A stretch of 64,000 bases of DNA, taken from positions 19,096,001 to 19,160,000 of the forward strand of contig NC_086119.1 of NCBI RefSeq assembly GCF_963921235.1. Direction: 5' to 3'. Below the pieces are notes generated by a model. The model was not told the origin of the DNA. It ran no database searches and worked only from the letters and a program-made list of their open reading frames with translations. Source of the DNA: Mobula hypostoma (Eukaryota). The position numbers and the translations under genes were made by a program. How positions within the stretch are numbered: position 1 is the stretch's first letter; each line of letters starts with the position of its first letter. This document shows positions 23,715-36,435 of the stretch, one piece after another.

Positions 23715-24420
23715 TTTCAGTAGCGGGACCTTGCTAGCAAGGCCAACATTCCCCCTGAGAAGGAAGTGGTGAACTGTCATGGGAACCATTGCAGTTCTTC
23801 TGGTGAAAATACTTCCATAGGGCTCTTGCGGAAAGATTTCTAGGATTTAGACCCAGCAAAGATGAAGGGGCAACAAATATACTGAAGTCAGGATGGTGTA
23901 CAACCTAGAGTGGAACCTATAAGTGAAGAAGCTCCCATGTAACTAAGGCCTTTGACCTTCTTGGTGATGGAGATCTTGAGTTTGGGAAGCTTTGTCAGAG
24001 CTGTCCAGTTGAGCATTTTGTAGGTGGTACGGACTCTAGCCAGTGTGCGCTGGGATGGAAGAAATAAGTGTTTGGGATAGTTGAAGGAGTCATGTTCTTG
24101 GGATTATTTATATACTTTTTTTTTCTGTTTGCACAATTTGTCTTCTTTTACGCATTGGTTGTTAGTCAGTCTTTATTTATGTATAGTTTTTCATAAATTC
24201 TGTTGTATTTCTGCAAATGCCAGCAAGAAGATGAAACTCAAGGTAGTATATGTTCAAAGTTCCAAGTATATGTACTTTGATAATAAATTTTCTTTGACCT
24301 AGAATTTGAGTGAAAATCAAGCAATTGACTTTGTTCTAGATAGTGTTAAACTTCTTGCAGCACTCTTCCAGCCAACTGGAAAAAGGTCTATCATACTTCT
24401 AATTCTTGCCTTGTGGATGG
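23715..24420 (-). mobile_element. Old CR1-family 3' fragment, interrupted by a Rex1 tail (~24100-24300, plus)
   Basis: Homologous in reverse to 30330-30560/30790-30920. Confidence 0.5.
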
Positions 24421-24993
24421 TGGAAAAAAGCTGAAATAACAGACAGCATAACTTGTTCAGTCAAATGAATATCAGCGGATTATTTTGAATCACAGCGAGG
24501 GCTGTAAAAATGCCAACTTCAGCGGTTAGTGAAAGGGAATTAAAATGGCTGGATCTTTTTAATCATTCAGAGGGTACAAATCCCTTGGGAAATTTACAGG
24601 AACAAAGATAAACTAGGCTAGCCAGCTTTCACAGTCAGAAAATATTTCAGGCAAGAAAATAATGCTCATGAGGATCTGTCATAAGGATTGTTTCAAATGA
24701 TAGTTCAGTTAACGCTATTTTAGATAAATGGTCCTATAAAAGCACTGATACATTTAGTTCTTTGATAAAGGCATTTAAGATATTTTAAACATATTTAAAG
24801 ATATTTTAAACTACATGCAATGTTCTAATACTTTCAAACACTGAAATAAGACTGTTGTGGATAAAAACAATCAGTTAAGTGATCACTTTACTGAAGAAAG
24901 GTGAAGATTGGAACTCTACAATTTGTGTTGAATTGGAACTAATTATAATTTCTATTAAGGCACGAGAGTCAAAATAACTGGATTTAGAAGATA

Positions 24994-25342
24994 TACGAGG
25001 GGTGATTGATAAGTTTGTGGCCTAAGGTAGAAGGAGTCAATTTTAGAAAACCTAGCACATTTATTTTTCAACATAGTCCCCTTCTATATTTACACACTTA
25101 GTCCAGCAGCCGTGGAGCATACGGATCCCCTCTTTGTAGAAGTCGGTGTCTTGGACCTCCAGAAAGTGGTCCACAGCAGGGATGATTGATAAGTTTGTGG
25201 CCTAAGGTAGAAGGAGATGAGTTATTGACTTCAAACTTTCTGCATAATCACTCAAAGAGCTGAACTGCATGTGCATGTAATGAGATCTGTATAACTCATC
25301 CTCTTCTACCTTAGGCCACAAACTTATCAATCACCCTTGGTA
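24994..25342. mobile_element. Mariner-type MITE
   Basis: TA-flanked TIR cgaggggtgattgataagtttgtggcctaaggtagaagg; inverted copy at 25300-25340; internal direct copy at ~25180. Confidence 0.9.
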
Positions 25343-25511
25343 AGAAGAGCCAGAAATACAGGTCATTGTTTCTTACTCTTTTAGCTTTCTACTCTACATC
25401 AAACAAAATAGTACCGAGTAAAAGTTAAGTTCAGACAGTGTAGGGCAATGTTTATTTAATTAAGATATTATGGTTGAGTCAGTGTGCTGACCATGCATTT
25501 TGTTATTTGAG

Positions 25512-26253
25512 TACAGTACTGTGCAAAAGTCTTAGGCACATACATTATTGTGTTGCCCTTAAGGCATTTATTTGACTTTGTTGGGTTTATGTTTTAAATG
25601 ATTTGTTTGTAACTATTTTCTAGTTAAAGGTTGATAATTATGTTACAGTATAATAAAGGTAAATTCATTGTCTATGGTATATTGTGTCATGTGATGACGT
25701 CGCCTCTGGTTTTGCTGCGTCTTATGTGTAACCTCCGGTTCGGGAAGGTGTGACGGTGGGTGCCATGCATGCAGCATGATCATGTAGAGCTCCGTTTCAA
25801 CCCACAAAGAAACGTTATAGAAGCAACACCGTAAGTTCATAAGAATGTATTTGAAGTAAAAATATTAACGCGGTTTCTGTTAAGGAAGCGACGGTTGGGG
25901 CGGAGCGGGGGCCGGCTTTTCAATTTCAAACGCGGGGTGGGCTCGAGCCCGATGGCGGTTTGACACGACCCCCTCGCCCGCTACTCGGGGCGGCTGGAGA
26001 CACGCGCTAAAAGAAGAGAGCGCGAGTGGTCTCCAAAATGAAACAGACACTGTATATGCTTGTATTTTTTTATCAACAGTTTTCACCATACGATGTTAAT
26101 GTGGAAGAGTGAACAGTAAATGGTTAACCTTACTACAACTCTGTCTTCATTGGCTCCGGTTTAACTTGGTGTTTGGTCAGAGTTTCAACACACTGCACGA
26201 GAACAGTACAAGTATGTACAACCAGGGTGCCTAATACTTTTCCACAGTACCGT
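25512..26253. mobile_element. Tc1-type mini-MITE split by a solo LTR
   Basis: Left TIR at 25512-25540, right TIR gtgcctaatacttttccacagtaccgta at ~26227-26254. Confidence 0.7.
25551..26190 (+). mobile_element. Solo LTR (~640 bp), CpG-rich
   Basis: TGTTG...CAACA termini; degenerate 5-bp TSD tattg/cactg; agtaaa polyA-like signals. Confidence 0.7.
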
Positions 26254-26254
26254 A

Positions 26255-26712
26255 TATGTCAACGTGGGGTGGAGAGTAAAGGATGCTGGGAATGGTGAGG
26301 GTGGAGTGCCATGGGAGAGGTGTGGGACAGGTGGCACAGAAGAAGTGGCAGGGGCAGGAGTTGGCACAGGTGCAGACACATCCATCCCCTGAGACACCAG
26401 ACAAGGTCATTTGATTCCAAACTATAGGTTTATTGATCATTACAGAATGTTTCTCAGGTGCTTCCTGCTCCCTCGCCTCTCCCTTCCCCTTTTCCTCACC
26501 GTGATTCCCCTCTCCCTGCCCACTCCCCACTCCCAGTCCACAATAGAGACCTATAGCAGAATCAGGTTTATCACATATGTCATGAAATTAGTTTTTTATT
26601 GTGGCAGTGGTACAGGAAATATATAAAAATCACTACAGTACTGTGCAAAGGTCTTAGGCACCTTAGCTATATACAGTAAACAATATGTGCCTAAGATATT
26701 TGCACAGTACTT
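26255..26712 (-). mobile_element. Family X repeat, Rex1-type tail and Tc1 mini-MITE (26634-26712)
   Basis: Reverse complement of 17560-17780 and 1-175; TIR pair cagtactgtgcaaa/tttgcacagtact. Confidence 0.7.
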
Positions 26713-26831
26713 GTATTTGTATAGTATTTAAAGCTGATAGAAGCAAGATGTAGGGAACAGTTTCTTGTACCTACTTAAATTATTGTTTGGTGTACCATTT
26801 GCTGAAGAAGGATAAAATACCTTAATAACAT

Positions 26832-26932
26832 TTGAGCAACACACACAAAGTGCCTGAGCAACTCAGCAGATCAGGCAGCATCTATGGAGAGGAATAAATA
26901 GTTGATGTTTCAGTACAAGACCCTTCATTAGA
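26832..26932 (-). mobile_element. PLE pLTR end, truncated at the hammerhead
   Basis: gagcaacacacacaaa..caggcagcatctatggag..gatgtttcagtacaagacccttcatta. Confidence 0.7.
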
Positions 26933-26956
26933 AATAACTTTTGTTTCCCTTTCTAC

Positions 26957-27475
26957 GTGCAGAGGGGTGGTAGTGCTATTAAATGTTCCCAATGGCATGC
27001 ACTTCAAATAGCCTTTGACAACCAAGTCTGGCTTCTGGCCTTCACATGTGGCTTAGTGGAACCATTGCTGCTGACAGGAGAAGGGGCAAAGATGGGTTAT
27101 TGGTGCCTTAAAATCAGTCGCTTTGGGCAGATGGGGTTCGTCAGCTATGGTTGGTAGCTTACCCAAGAGAAGGAAAACTCTGATCTCAAACCTCCACTGC
27201 CTTGTAGTTATACACACTCATGGGGAAGGCTAAACCCTGAGAAAAATTCTGGAGCTGGAATCCCTAAGATAGTCCTACGTCGAATTCAATGCTGACTGCG
27301 ATGCTGCTCGTGCCAACTTTATCAGTTTCTGCTGTTCCTTTGGATTCATCAGCTGCACGGAGCCTGCTACATGAGCAACAGTTTGCTCTCCATATCTTAC
27401 TGCCCTGGCTTGCATATCACGTAAACGGCTGAGACGCAACATCTATGGTTGACTCCAAGCAATGGAGGGCCTCAA
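26957..27475 (+). mobile_element. RTE-derived non-autonomous element
   Basis: gagaaggaaaactctgatctcaaacctcc motif; homologous to 11300-11625. Confidence 0.7.
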
Positions 27476-27629
27476 AGAGGTTTGGGAGATCTGCGGAAAA
27501 TCTTTTTTTACCAAGAGGGTGGCTGGAATCTGAAATATTCTTCTTGATTGGCTACTGAAGATAGGTACTATCACAACATTAAGAAATATCTACATAATCA
27601 CTTGGACCAAAGTTCAAAGTATGTATACG

Positions 27630-28425
27630 AGTGCCACACCTCCTCCCTAATGACCATTCAGGGCCTCAAACAGTCCTTCCAGATGAGGTGGCACTTCACC
27701 TGCAAGTTTGTTGGGGTCATCTACTATATCCGGTGCTCCCAGTATGGCCTCCTGTATAACGGTGAGACCTGGCATAGACTGGAAGACCGCTTCATTGAGT
27801 ACTTTCACTCTGTCCACCACAAAAAGTGGGATTTCCTGGTGGCCACCAATTTCAATTCTACTTCCCATTCTCATTCCGCCATGTCAGTCCATGGCCTCCT
27901 CTACTGCCACAATGAGGCCACACTCAGGTTGAAGGAGTACCACCTGATATTCCTTTCGGGTGGCCCCCAATACTGATGGCATGAACATCGATTTATTGAA
28001 CTTCCGGTAATTCCCAACCCCTTCTTTCCTCCACCATTCCCCATTCATGTTTCCCTCTCACACCTTTTCTTCTTACCTGTCCATCACCTCCCTCTGGTGC
28101 TTCTCCCCCTTCCCTTTCTCCCATGGTCTTCTGTTCTCTTCAACAATACACCATCCTCCAGCCCTTTATCTCTTCCACCAATCAATTTCCCAGCTCTTTA
28201 CTTCACCTCCTCCCCTTTCCAGTTTCAGCTATCACCTACCACCTTGTACTTCTTCCTCCCATCTTCTAATTCTGACTTCTTCCCGTATCCTTTCCAGTCC
28301 TGAAGAAGAGTCTCAGCCCAAAACATTGACGGTTGACACTTCTCCATAGATGCTGCCTGACCTGCTAAGCTCCTCCAGCATTTTGTGTGTATTGCTCTAG
28401 GTTTCCAGCATCTGCAGCACTTCGT
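27630..28425 (+). mobile_element. PLE GIY-YIG endonuclease plus pLTR, degenerate (hammerhead remnant 28295-28333)
   Basis: GVIYYIRCSQYGLLYNGETWHRLEDRFIEY..VATNF. Confidence 0.88.
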
Positions 28426-29531
28426 GTCCGTATGTTCGTCTCATTAAAAGCAACCACAAAACAAAGAAACCCAATAGAACCCTTTGAAAAAGAAGACCAT
28501 TAAACAGCCAATGTGCAGAAAAAAGAACAAATCGTGCAAACAATAAAGAGTGAGCAAAAATAACATCCACAACTAAAGTTCATGAAAGTGAGTTCACAGT
28601 AAGATCAATATACATGATGGTGGGCAGTTTCTGTGTTGCATGACTCCATGACTAGATTTTTTCTCTAACATTGAAGAATTCCTCGAGATACCTAACTCAG
28701 TCGCCAAAGGGAAAATATGATGCACAGCCATATTAGGAGATACCAGAGCAGTAGTACTAAACTTGGCTGAAGCAATACATTATAGGAAGCATTTTAACAG
28801 AGGAAAAGAAGATAATGGGTGAGAAATGCAAAGTTTAGGACCTGCCGACCACCAGCTGTGAAGCCAATACTTGTGTGGGTTACCCAGAGGCTATAACTGG
28901 TTGAGTGCACAGTTCCCAGGGGAGGATAGGTACAGGGAAACACTGAGACAGGAAGAAGTCAGGCAAATAGCAATAGTAAAATCACAATTTCTTCCTAACA
29001 ACGAATGAGGTCCTATCTTTGTGACATTTTAATCTGTAGTCCTTTTTACAACAAGTTCAGCGAAACCCTAACCAGAAACTCCGGCTCAGCAGCTGAATAA
29101 TCATCAGAAAGGTTGGTGTTTCTGTGCAGCACAATCAGCATATAGAGAGCCCTTTTAATTTTGGGTCAATTTCCTAAACTGCCTGCACTCCTGTCGTCGA
29201 GTGGCATCAATTGATTTTTTTAAAATATACCTTTTTATATTGCAGGGCTTATGTTGTGTCTGTTGTAAAACTTGTACGTGTGTATATTATTAGGGCTTAT
29301 TCTGGAGTCAGGGTATGTAGTAAATATTAACTTCATCAGCAATCAATCTTTAGACCTGACCATGGATTGTAGCTTGAATTTAAAATGCAGCCCTGAACAA
29401 TGGTATTCCTAGTGCTGCAGACTGGAGTTGATTGCCAACCAGACAATGCTGATTAACATTCATTTTGAGTGTCTGGAGTGTGAATGTGAACAAGGAGGTG
29501 TTTGAAAATATATTTAATTCAAAGGAAGCAT

Positions 29532-29731
29532 TGTAGGTACATTGTAACTATAAAATCGTCCTGTTAGCTTTGAACTTCAGCATATAAAATGTCATGTAAT
29601 ATTGGGTTGAGCGTGCCTCTCCTTCCAAGAGAGTCTCTGTATGATGCCTGTTACTCGTTTTTTGCTGAATAAAAGACTTCTATATCCATTAGCTTCAGTG
29701 CTCTCCCGTGACTTTGTTCACAGTTACAACA
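29532..29731 (+). mobile_element. Possible short LTR fragment
   Basis: tataaaa, then aataaaa, ending ttacaaca; no clear TSD. Confidence 0.35.
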
Positions 29732-30329
29732 TACATAAAAGCTTTTTCAATTGATCTCATCGATAAGCCGACAGTGGAAGCACTCTTGGTGATAAATGGA
29801 TCCAAATCATTACTTCCCTGGCTACGCAAAGAACAAACAATCTCTTATCTGCAACACAGTGATTACAATATTTTCAATGCAAGGGTGCTTTGTGTTCAAC
29901 CTCCTTCATTACACCTGACTATTATTCTTATTTTTTAATATTCAGTAAATAGTACCTATTTTCTGGATTTATACAGTTATCTTCATGCTTTCATTGATAC
30001 ATGTTGGGAACTGCTTAATGACAAATACCCCAAGGGATCATAAATAAAACATGTGGATTACTTTGATGGATTTCCCATATTCTACTTTCCTATATTCTAA
30101 GAGAAAAGATAAGTAACAGGAAAAAGATATTCATGAGAAGTGAAAAGTAAGACCCCCATATTATGGATAAACCAGTGCTTACCATCTAAAAATTTCCACT
30201 GTGATCTTGCCTCTTGGGTCTCTGCACTCTTCCAGTTTTGAATATTCATGTGCCTTTGCTTGATTCATCGATCACATTAAACACATATTCTTTACATTTC
30301 CGAAGCACAGAGACCACAGAGTGTATCAT

Positions 30330-30922
30330 GCACAAATTACACTGCAGTTACTCACCGAGATCACTCCAGAAACTCTTCCCGAACTGGAGACCTCTGCCAC
30401 CATGGTCTTTTGGTGCACTATCGTGCACCGCTCCAGGTCACATACCATCCTTAAGTGAAAATACTGTACAGAGCCATTTCTCCATTGCTGGGTCTTAATT
30501 TCCAGAACTCCCTCCTCAAAAGTAGCATGGAAAACTTCAATCACCACTATTCTGAACTGATTCTACAATCTACAGAGTCAATTTCAAGGATTCTTTACGA
30601 CTCATAGTCTCAGTTCTTTTTTATTTGCACAGATTGTCTTTTTTTAGACTTAGATTGTTTTTGTATAGTTTCTCTTAAATTCTGTTGTATTTCTTATTTC
30701 CCTATAAATGCCTACAAGAAAATGAATCTCAAGGCTGTATACGGTGACATATACATGCTTTGATAATAAATTTACTTCGAACTTTGGAAAGTACTGTTGG
30801 TCCTTCACCCAAAGGACAACAGTCACGTTGATTGTCACCTTTTCAAGGAGAATTGTCAATGGGCAATAAACGTTGGTCAACCAAGCCTTGCATATATCCC
30901 CAAAGATGAATAAATAAATAAT
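30330..30922 (+). mobile_element. Old CR1-family 3' end interrupted by a Rex1 tail (30590-30785)
   Basis: Tail gatgggcaataaa-like..gatgaataaataaa; Rex tail gataataaatttactt. Confidence 0.55.
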
Positions 30923-30980
30923 ACAGATGGCAGGAATGCCTTCTTCTCTTTGAACCGTTCACTGGAATGTCCTCTTTAAC

Positions 30981-31400
30981 TACAGTACTGTGTAAAAGTC
31001 TTAAGCACCCTAGATTTTTTATATGGTTTCAGATAGTATGGCCTCCACAGAGCCCTGATCTCAATATCATCAAGGCTATCTGGGATTACCTAGAAGACAG
31101 AAGCAAGTGAGACAGCCAAAGTCTGCGGAAGAACTGCAGCAGGTTCTCCAAGATGCTTGAAACAACCTACCAACCAATTTTCTTTTAAAACTGCACAACA
31201 GTGTACCTAAGAGAATTGATGCAGTTTTAAAGGCAAAGGGTAGTTATACCATATACTGATTTGATTTATTTTGTTACTGTTTACTGCTCTTTATAGTAAT
31301 TTCTTTGTTTATATGCTTTCCATTTCAATATTTTTGAAAGCACCTTTGCTTTACAGAATTTTATTTACATGTGCCCAAGATCTTTGTATAGTGTAGTATA
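30981..31400 (+). mobile_element. Tc1 deletion derivative (transposase C-terminus)
   Basis: WPPQSPDLNII..WDYL; PKRIDAVLKAKG..Y*; TIR tacagtactgtg.aaaagtctta.gcac. Confidence 0.9.
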
Positions 31401-31644
31401 TTCACCTCTCCGACTCGCTTCACTAATCTAATAAAATTGTCATAATTATTTTTTATTTCCTCATTTGATGGTGTAAGCATCAGTAATGGCTCAAGCATTC
31501 AACACCTATCATCTTCTCAAAGCACTGCAGATCGTGTGATGCTAGAGTTCCCATTGTACTCGTGTAGTGGGAGCTAAAGGATTTTAACCTGGAGATTGTG
31601 TAATATCAGCAATATATTTCCTAGATAGACAATTGCTTATCCTG

Positions 31645-32075
31645 GAGGGACGAGAGGAGGTTCACAAAAATGATGCTGGAAATGAATAGATTAACATATA
31701 AGGGAGAATCTTATTAAAACCTATCAAATATTGAAAGGCTCAGGTAGAGTGGATGTGGAGAAGATGTTTCCTATAGTGGAGAAGTCTAGGACCAGACAGC
31801 ACAGGCTCAGAATACAAGGACGACCTTTTAGAATGGAGATGAGGAAGTAGCTCTTCAGCCAGAAGGTGCTGACTTTATAGAATTCATTGCCACAGACAGC
31901 TGTGAAGGCCAGCTCATTGGGTATATTTAAAGCCAAGGCTGATAGGTTCTTGATTAATAAGACCATCAAAGGTTAAGGGAAGAAGGCAGGGAAACAGGAT
32001 TGAGAGTGATAATAAATCAGTCATGATTGAATGGTGGAGCAGGTTCTTTGAGCTGAATAGCCTAGTTCTGCTCCT
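31645..32075 (+). mobile_element. CR1 LINE 3' fragment
   Basis: Homologous to 47495-48010. Confidence 0.85.
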
Positions 32076-32319
32076 TAAGGTTACTGCTCACTACTAATGA
32101 TTTCTGCTCACTGGGAACCCTAAGATGTAAATAGTGGATGATTGAGGATAGAGAGTTAAGGAGAAATGTTTAAGTGGTCTTTTGTTGTAGATGTTTGTTG
32201 CTTGGCAGTATGTGGTTTAAAGGTTACTTGCCACTATTCAGTCCAGGCCTGAGTATCCAAAGTCCTGTTGCATGCAGGTATCGTTACCTGAGTAATCATT
32301 AATGAATAACTCTGTTTTA

Positions 32320-32580
32320 GCATCCATCATCAAGGACCCTTTCCATCCAGTCCATGCTCTCTTCTCATTGCTACCATCAGGAAGGTGTAGGAATCTTAGA
32401 TCTCACACCACCAGGTTCAGAACCAGTTATTATCCTTCATCCATCAGGCTCCTGAACCAGCATGGATATCTTCCCTCAGCACAACACTGAACTGATCATT
32501 AAACACAACCTATTCAAGGGCACTACAACTCATGTTCTCAAAACTTCTTTACTTATTATCAATATTATTTTCTTTGTCTT
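32320..32580 (+). mobile_element. Rex1/Babar 3' fragment
   Basis: ASIIKDPFHPVHALFSLLPSGR..RFRTSYYP. Confidence 0.85.
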
Positions 32581-32584
32581 TTAC

Positions 32585-33885
32585 TTTTTTACTTTTTCTC
32601 AGCTCAAGCTGGTAAAACCTGAGGTACGGGCATAGCCAAGTACGCTCGTTTGTCAATTGCTATGAACTTTAGAACTGCCCTGGTGGTGTTCAGCGTTGTG
32701 TCTTTCCGAAGATTTACATAGATATTATTGTGTAGGCCCAATTGTTTAATGCCTTTCGTGTAATTGTATGGTGCCTTTGCGATGTCACTAGGTGTAGATA
32801 TTACTATCTGGACAATGTATATCTTGTTCATGTTCCAAAGTCTTTCAAATTCCTCTTTTAATTCAGCATCTTTCTAGTGTTTTTCACTTATTGATTTCTG
32901 TAAGTTGTGTCCGTTTGGAAAGTCTATAACTATTAAATAAATTGTTCTTGCTTGTTTATCCTGCATTATTAAAACTGGACAATTCTATGGGTTGTCCTAT
33001 CCGTAATAACAGATTGGTCATAAAATATAATTTGTGGTATTCTGATCAGGCTTATGTTTATAGTAAGGTGTGATTTATTTTATGAGTTTGTATTTTAAAG
33101 CTAGATTTTGATGAATGATGTTTGCCACTTGATTGTGCCTATATAAGTAATCAGATTGATTTAAACTGCTGCACAGTCCTGTAATATGTTGGATTATTGC
33201 TGGTTTTTCTCCAATAATCATCTTGAACTTGTTGGTCTTTTATGATGTATTTTTTAAATATTTTAGTGTTAACCACCTAGTCCTGTATTGCCACAAGGAA
33301 CCCTTCTGTTTCTGGGAAGAGATCTCCAACTCTGAACTCCACGCATCCTTGCTGAGATCTAGTCTGCTCAGATCATGGGGATGTCTTCCATAGGGGTCTT
33401 CCATGGGGGTTATGCTCTTCCATTGGTTAACTTTTTCTTCCGTAGTGATAATGCCTTCGTTTTTCTGAGTTGTGCTCTGATTTAAGTTTAGTGGTGTACA
33501 CTTCCTATCAGAATTGCATATGCTCGCGTAGAGTGGCTGATTCCTGTTTTTGCTGATGAAAGTATATCCTTAGAAGCTTTATCTGACTTGTGTTGATTTT
33601 TAATGTCTGTTATTCCTCTTCCCGCTTCTGCCCTAGGTAGAGTTAGTTGAAGTGCATTCGAATGCACATAATGTTTTCCGCAATTTGTCATTTCAGTTCT
33701 TATTTTGGTTTGTAAGTTTTCCAGATCCATTTCAGACCAAAATATTATGTCATAAGAATACGTTAATATAGGTATAGCAGAAGTGTTTATTGCCTTTGTT
33801 ATATTTTTACTATTGAGCTCTTAGATTTTCTTAAGCCTTGAAGTAAATTCTGTCAAAAGTTTTTTCTTTATCATGCTATGATCTA
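32585..33885 (-). mobile_element. R4/Dong-clade LINE 3' portion (RT C-terminus and restriction-like endonuclease), degenerate
   Basis: Minus-strand translation: LTLPRAEAGRGITDI; EGFLVAIQD; YLYRHNQVANIIHQNL; AELKEEFERLW..IVISTP; A-rich tail at 32580-32600. Confidence 0.8.
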
Positions 33886-34542
33886 TTTGCTTTCCTTGTT
33901 TCTGTCCCAGGTACTAATAGGTTTCATATTCATCTATTGGTTTTATTGTTGTTATTATTATTATTACTTGTTTCTTTTTGTATTTGCAACAACCATGGGC
34001 ACCTTCCATTCTGTGAGGTATGACTCCAAACCATTGACTTCAGTTCCCTTTGACTTAAGGTTTCTTAAGACACCTTGTTGGCAGTGGCAAGGACACTGGT
34101 GGACAGGACAGGGGAATAGACTAGAGTCGAGCAATATTCAATCTAGGTAGGGAGCCCCAGGCCAGGGTTACTTTAACTTCCAGGCCAATGGTCAGATGTT
34201 TGGCCATTTAGAACAGAGCAAAGAAGGGCACAAATCTGTTGGCCCAGAATCCGGGGTGGGGGTGGGGGGGGGGGTTTGTAACCTGTGATAGAAGAGATAA
34301 TGACAGTCCAAATCTATTGTATCATTAGTTGTGTCTATTGTGTCATCCACTGTCAATTAGCATAAGGCTCACCTACTGCCAAAATCTCTAATTGCAGATC
34401 AAAGCAAAGAGAGATGCCCCATAACAACCATTACCCTTTCACACCTTGCCTGCTGGGAAATAAAGGTATCAGAATCACCTTTAGCATGTGCTGTCAATAC
34501 TGCATCACTAGATTCTTGGCCCATTCCTCATGACATCATTCA

Positions 34543-34920
34543 TTCATTTGTTTGTTATGTGCTGTATCGTATGACGTGGACGATCGTGGTCTTTCCATGA
34601 CCATGATTATTCTTGGCAAATATTTCTACAGAAGTGGTTCTCCATTGCCTTCTTCTGGGCAATGTCCTTAAAAACTGGTAACCCCAGCAATTATCAATAT
34701 TCTTCAGAGATTGTTTGCCTTGTGTCAGTGGTCACATAACTAGGACTTGTCATATGCACCAAGTTGCTCATATGATCAGCCACCGCCTGATCACGTGACC
34801 TTGGTTGGGGGGTGGGGCTAAGCAGATGCTGCACTTTATCCAAGAGTTATCAGCAGGCTTGCAGAGGGAAGACGTGCCTTACACATCCTTTGGTAGAGAA
34901 GTATCTCCACCCCGCCACTG
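34543..34920 (-). mobile_element. RTE-tailed non-autonomous element (family shared with 58621-58996)
   Basis: Reverse complement of 58621-58996; gaaggcaatgg..aaccac motif. Confidence 0.8.
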
Positions 34921-35179
34921 GGTGACCTACTGAACTATAAAATCTCCTCCAGCTCATTTCCTGAATAAGGTGAATTGAATATCATGTCATGATTTAAAAT
35001 GGACCTTCTTGATGGAAGCTATTTAACAAAGTAGGGACATGAGGAAAACAAATCATCCACACAATTCCTTGGTTAATGTAATCCTCAATCCAAAAATTTA
35101 ACAATCTCAACTTTGAGTCTGCTCTGTGACTGATCACTCAGGGCCATCTGCAGTGGAACCTTCCCGAAATTCACCAACA

Positions 35180-35346
35180 CAAGAGCTTCTGCTCAATCTG
35201 GAAATCCAAACTAACACAAGCAAAATGCAGTAGGAACTCAGCAGGTCAGGCAGCATCTATGGAGGGGAACGAGCAGTAGGGTCTCAGCCCCAGATGCTGA
35301 CTCTTTATTCCTCTCCATAGATGCTGCCTGACCTGCTGAGCTCCCC
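35180..35346. mobile_element. Palindromic PLE mini-element
   Basis: ctcagcaggtcaggcagcatctatggag ... ctccatagatgctgcctgacctgctgag. Confidence 0.85.
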
Positions 35347-35349
35347 CAT

Positions 35350-36435
35350 CACAAGGCAGTGTGCTTAGCCCCTGTGCCCCCCCCACCCCCAGCTCTACCC
35401 ATTTTATATTTGTGACTATGAGACTAAGCACAGCTCCAGTGGCATATTTAAGTCTGCTGACAACCCTACTGATGTTGGCTGAATCAAGGTGGTGAGGAAT
35501 CAGCAAATTAGAGGGAGATTGAAAACCTGGCTGAGTGGTGCCACAACAAAAACTCTTACTCAATGTCAGCAAGACCAAGGCACTGATTATTGACTTCAGG
35601 AGCAGGAAAACGGAGGACCAACCCTCATTGGTGAATCAGATGTGGAGAGGTTCAACAATTTTAAATACCTCCGTGTCATGTTCTCAGATGATCTTTCCTG
35701 GGCCCAGCACGAAAGTGCCATTACAAAGAAAGACAAGCAGCACCTCTACTTTCCTAGAAGCTTGCAAAGATTCAGCATGTCATCTGAAACTTTGACAAAC
35801 TTCTATAGATGTGAGGCGGAGGATACACTATAGATGTGTGGTTGATGCTTCAAGACCTGGTATGGAAACACCGATGCCCTTGAACAGAATATCGTACAAA
35901 AAGTAGAGGATACAGCCCAGTCCATCACAGGTAAAGTTCTCCTCATCATTGAGCACATCTACACAAAGCGTTGTCACAAAAAAGCAGCATCTATCATCAG
36001 GGACCCCACCCCACCCCCCTCCAGGCCATGTATTCTTCTCTCTGTTGACATCAGGAAGAAGCTACAGGCACCTCAGGACCCACACCACCAGGTTCAGGAG
36101 CAGCTACTTCCCCTCAACCCTGCAGGCTGTTCAACCAGAGGGGTAACTATACGCAACTTCTTTCAGCCATCACTGCCCAATTACCACAAGTTCTAGACTC
36201 ACTTTCAAGGACTCTTCATCTCATCTTCTCAATATCTATAGCTTATTTATTTATTTATTATTACTATTTTTTTTTCTTTTTGTATTTGCACAGTTTGTTG
36301 TTTTTTGCACATTGGTTGTTTTGTCTTTCTTGATTCTATTGTGGTTCTTGTATTTACTGTAAATGCCCATAAGAAGATTAATCTCAGGGTTGCATATGAG
36401 TATGTACTTTGATAATAAATTTACTTTGAACTTTG
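35350..36435 (+). mobile_element. Rex1/Babar LINE 3' portion
   Basis: LNVSKTKALIIDFR; FKYLRV..DDLSW; RTHTTRFRSSYFP; tail. Confidence 0.9.
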
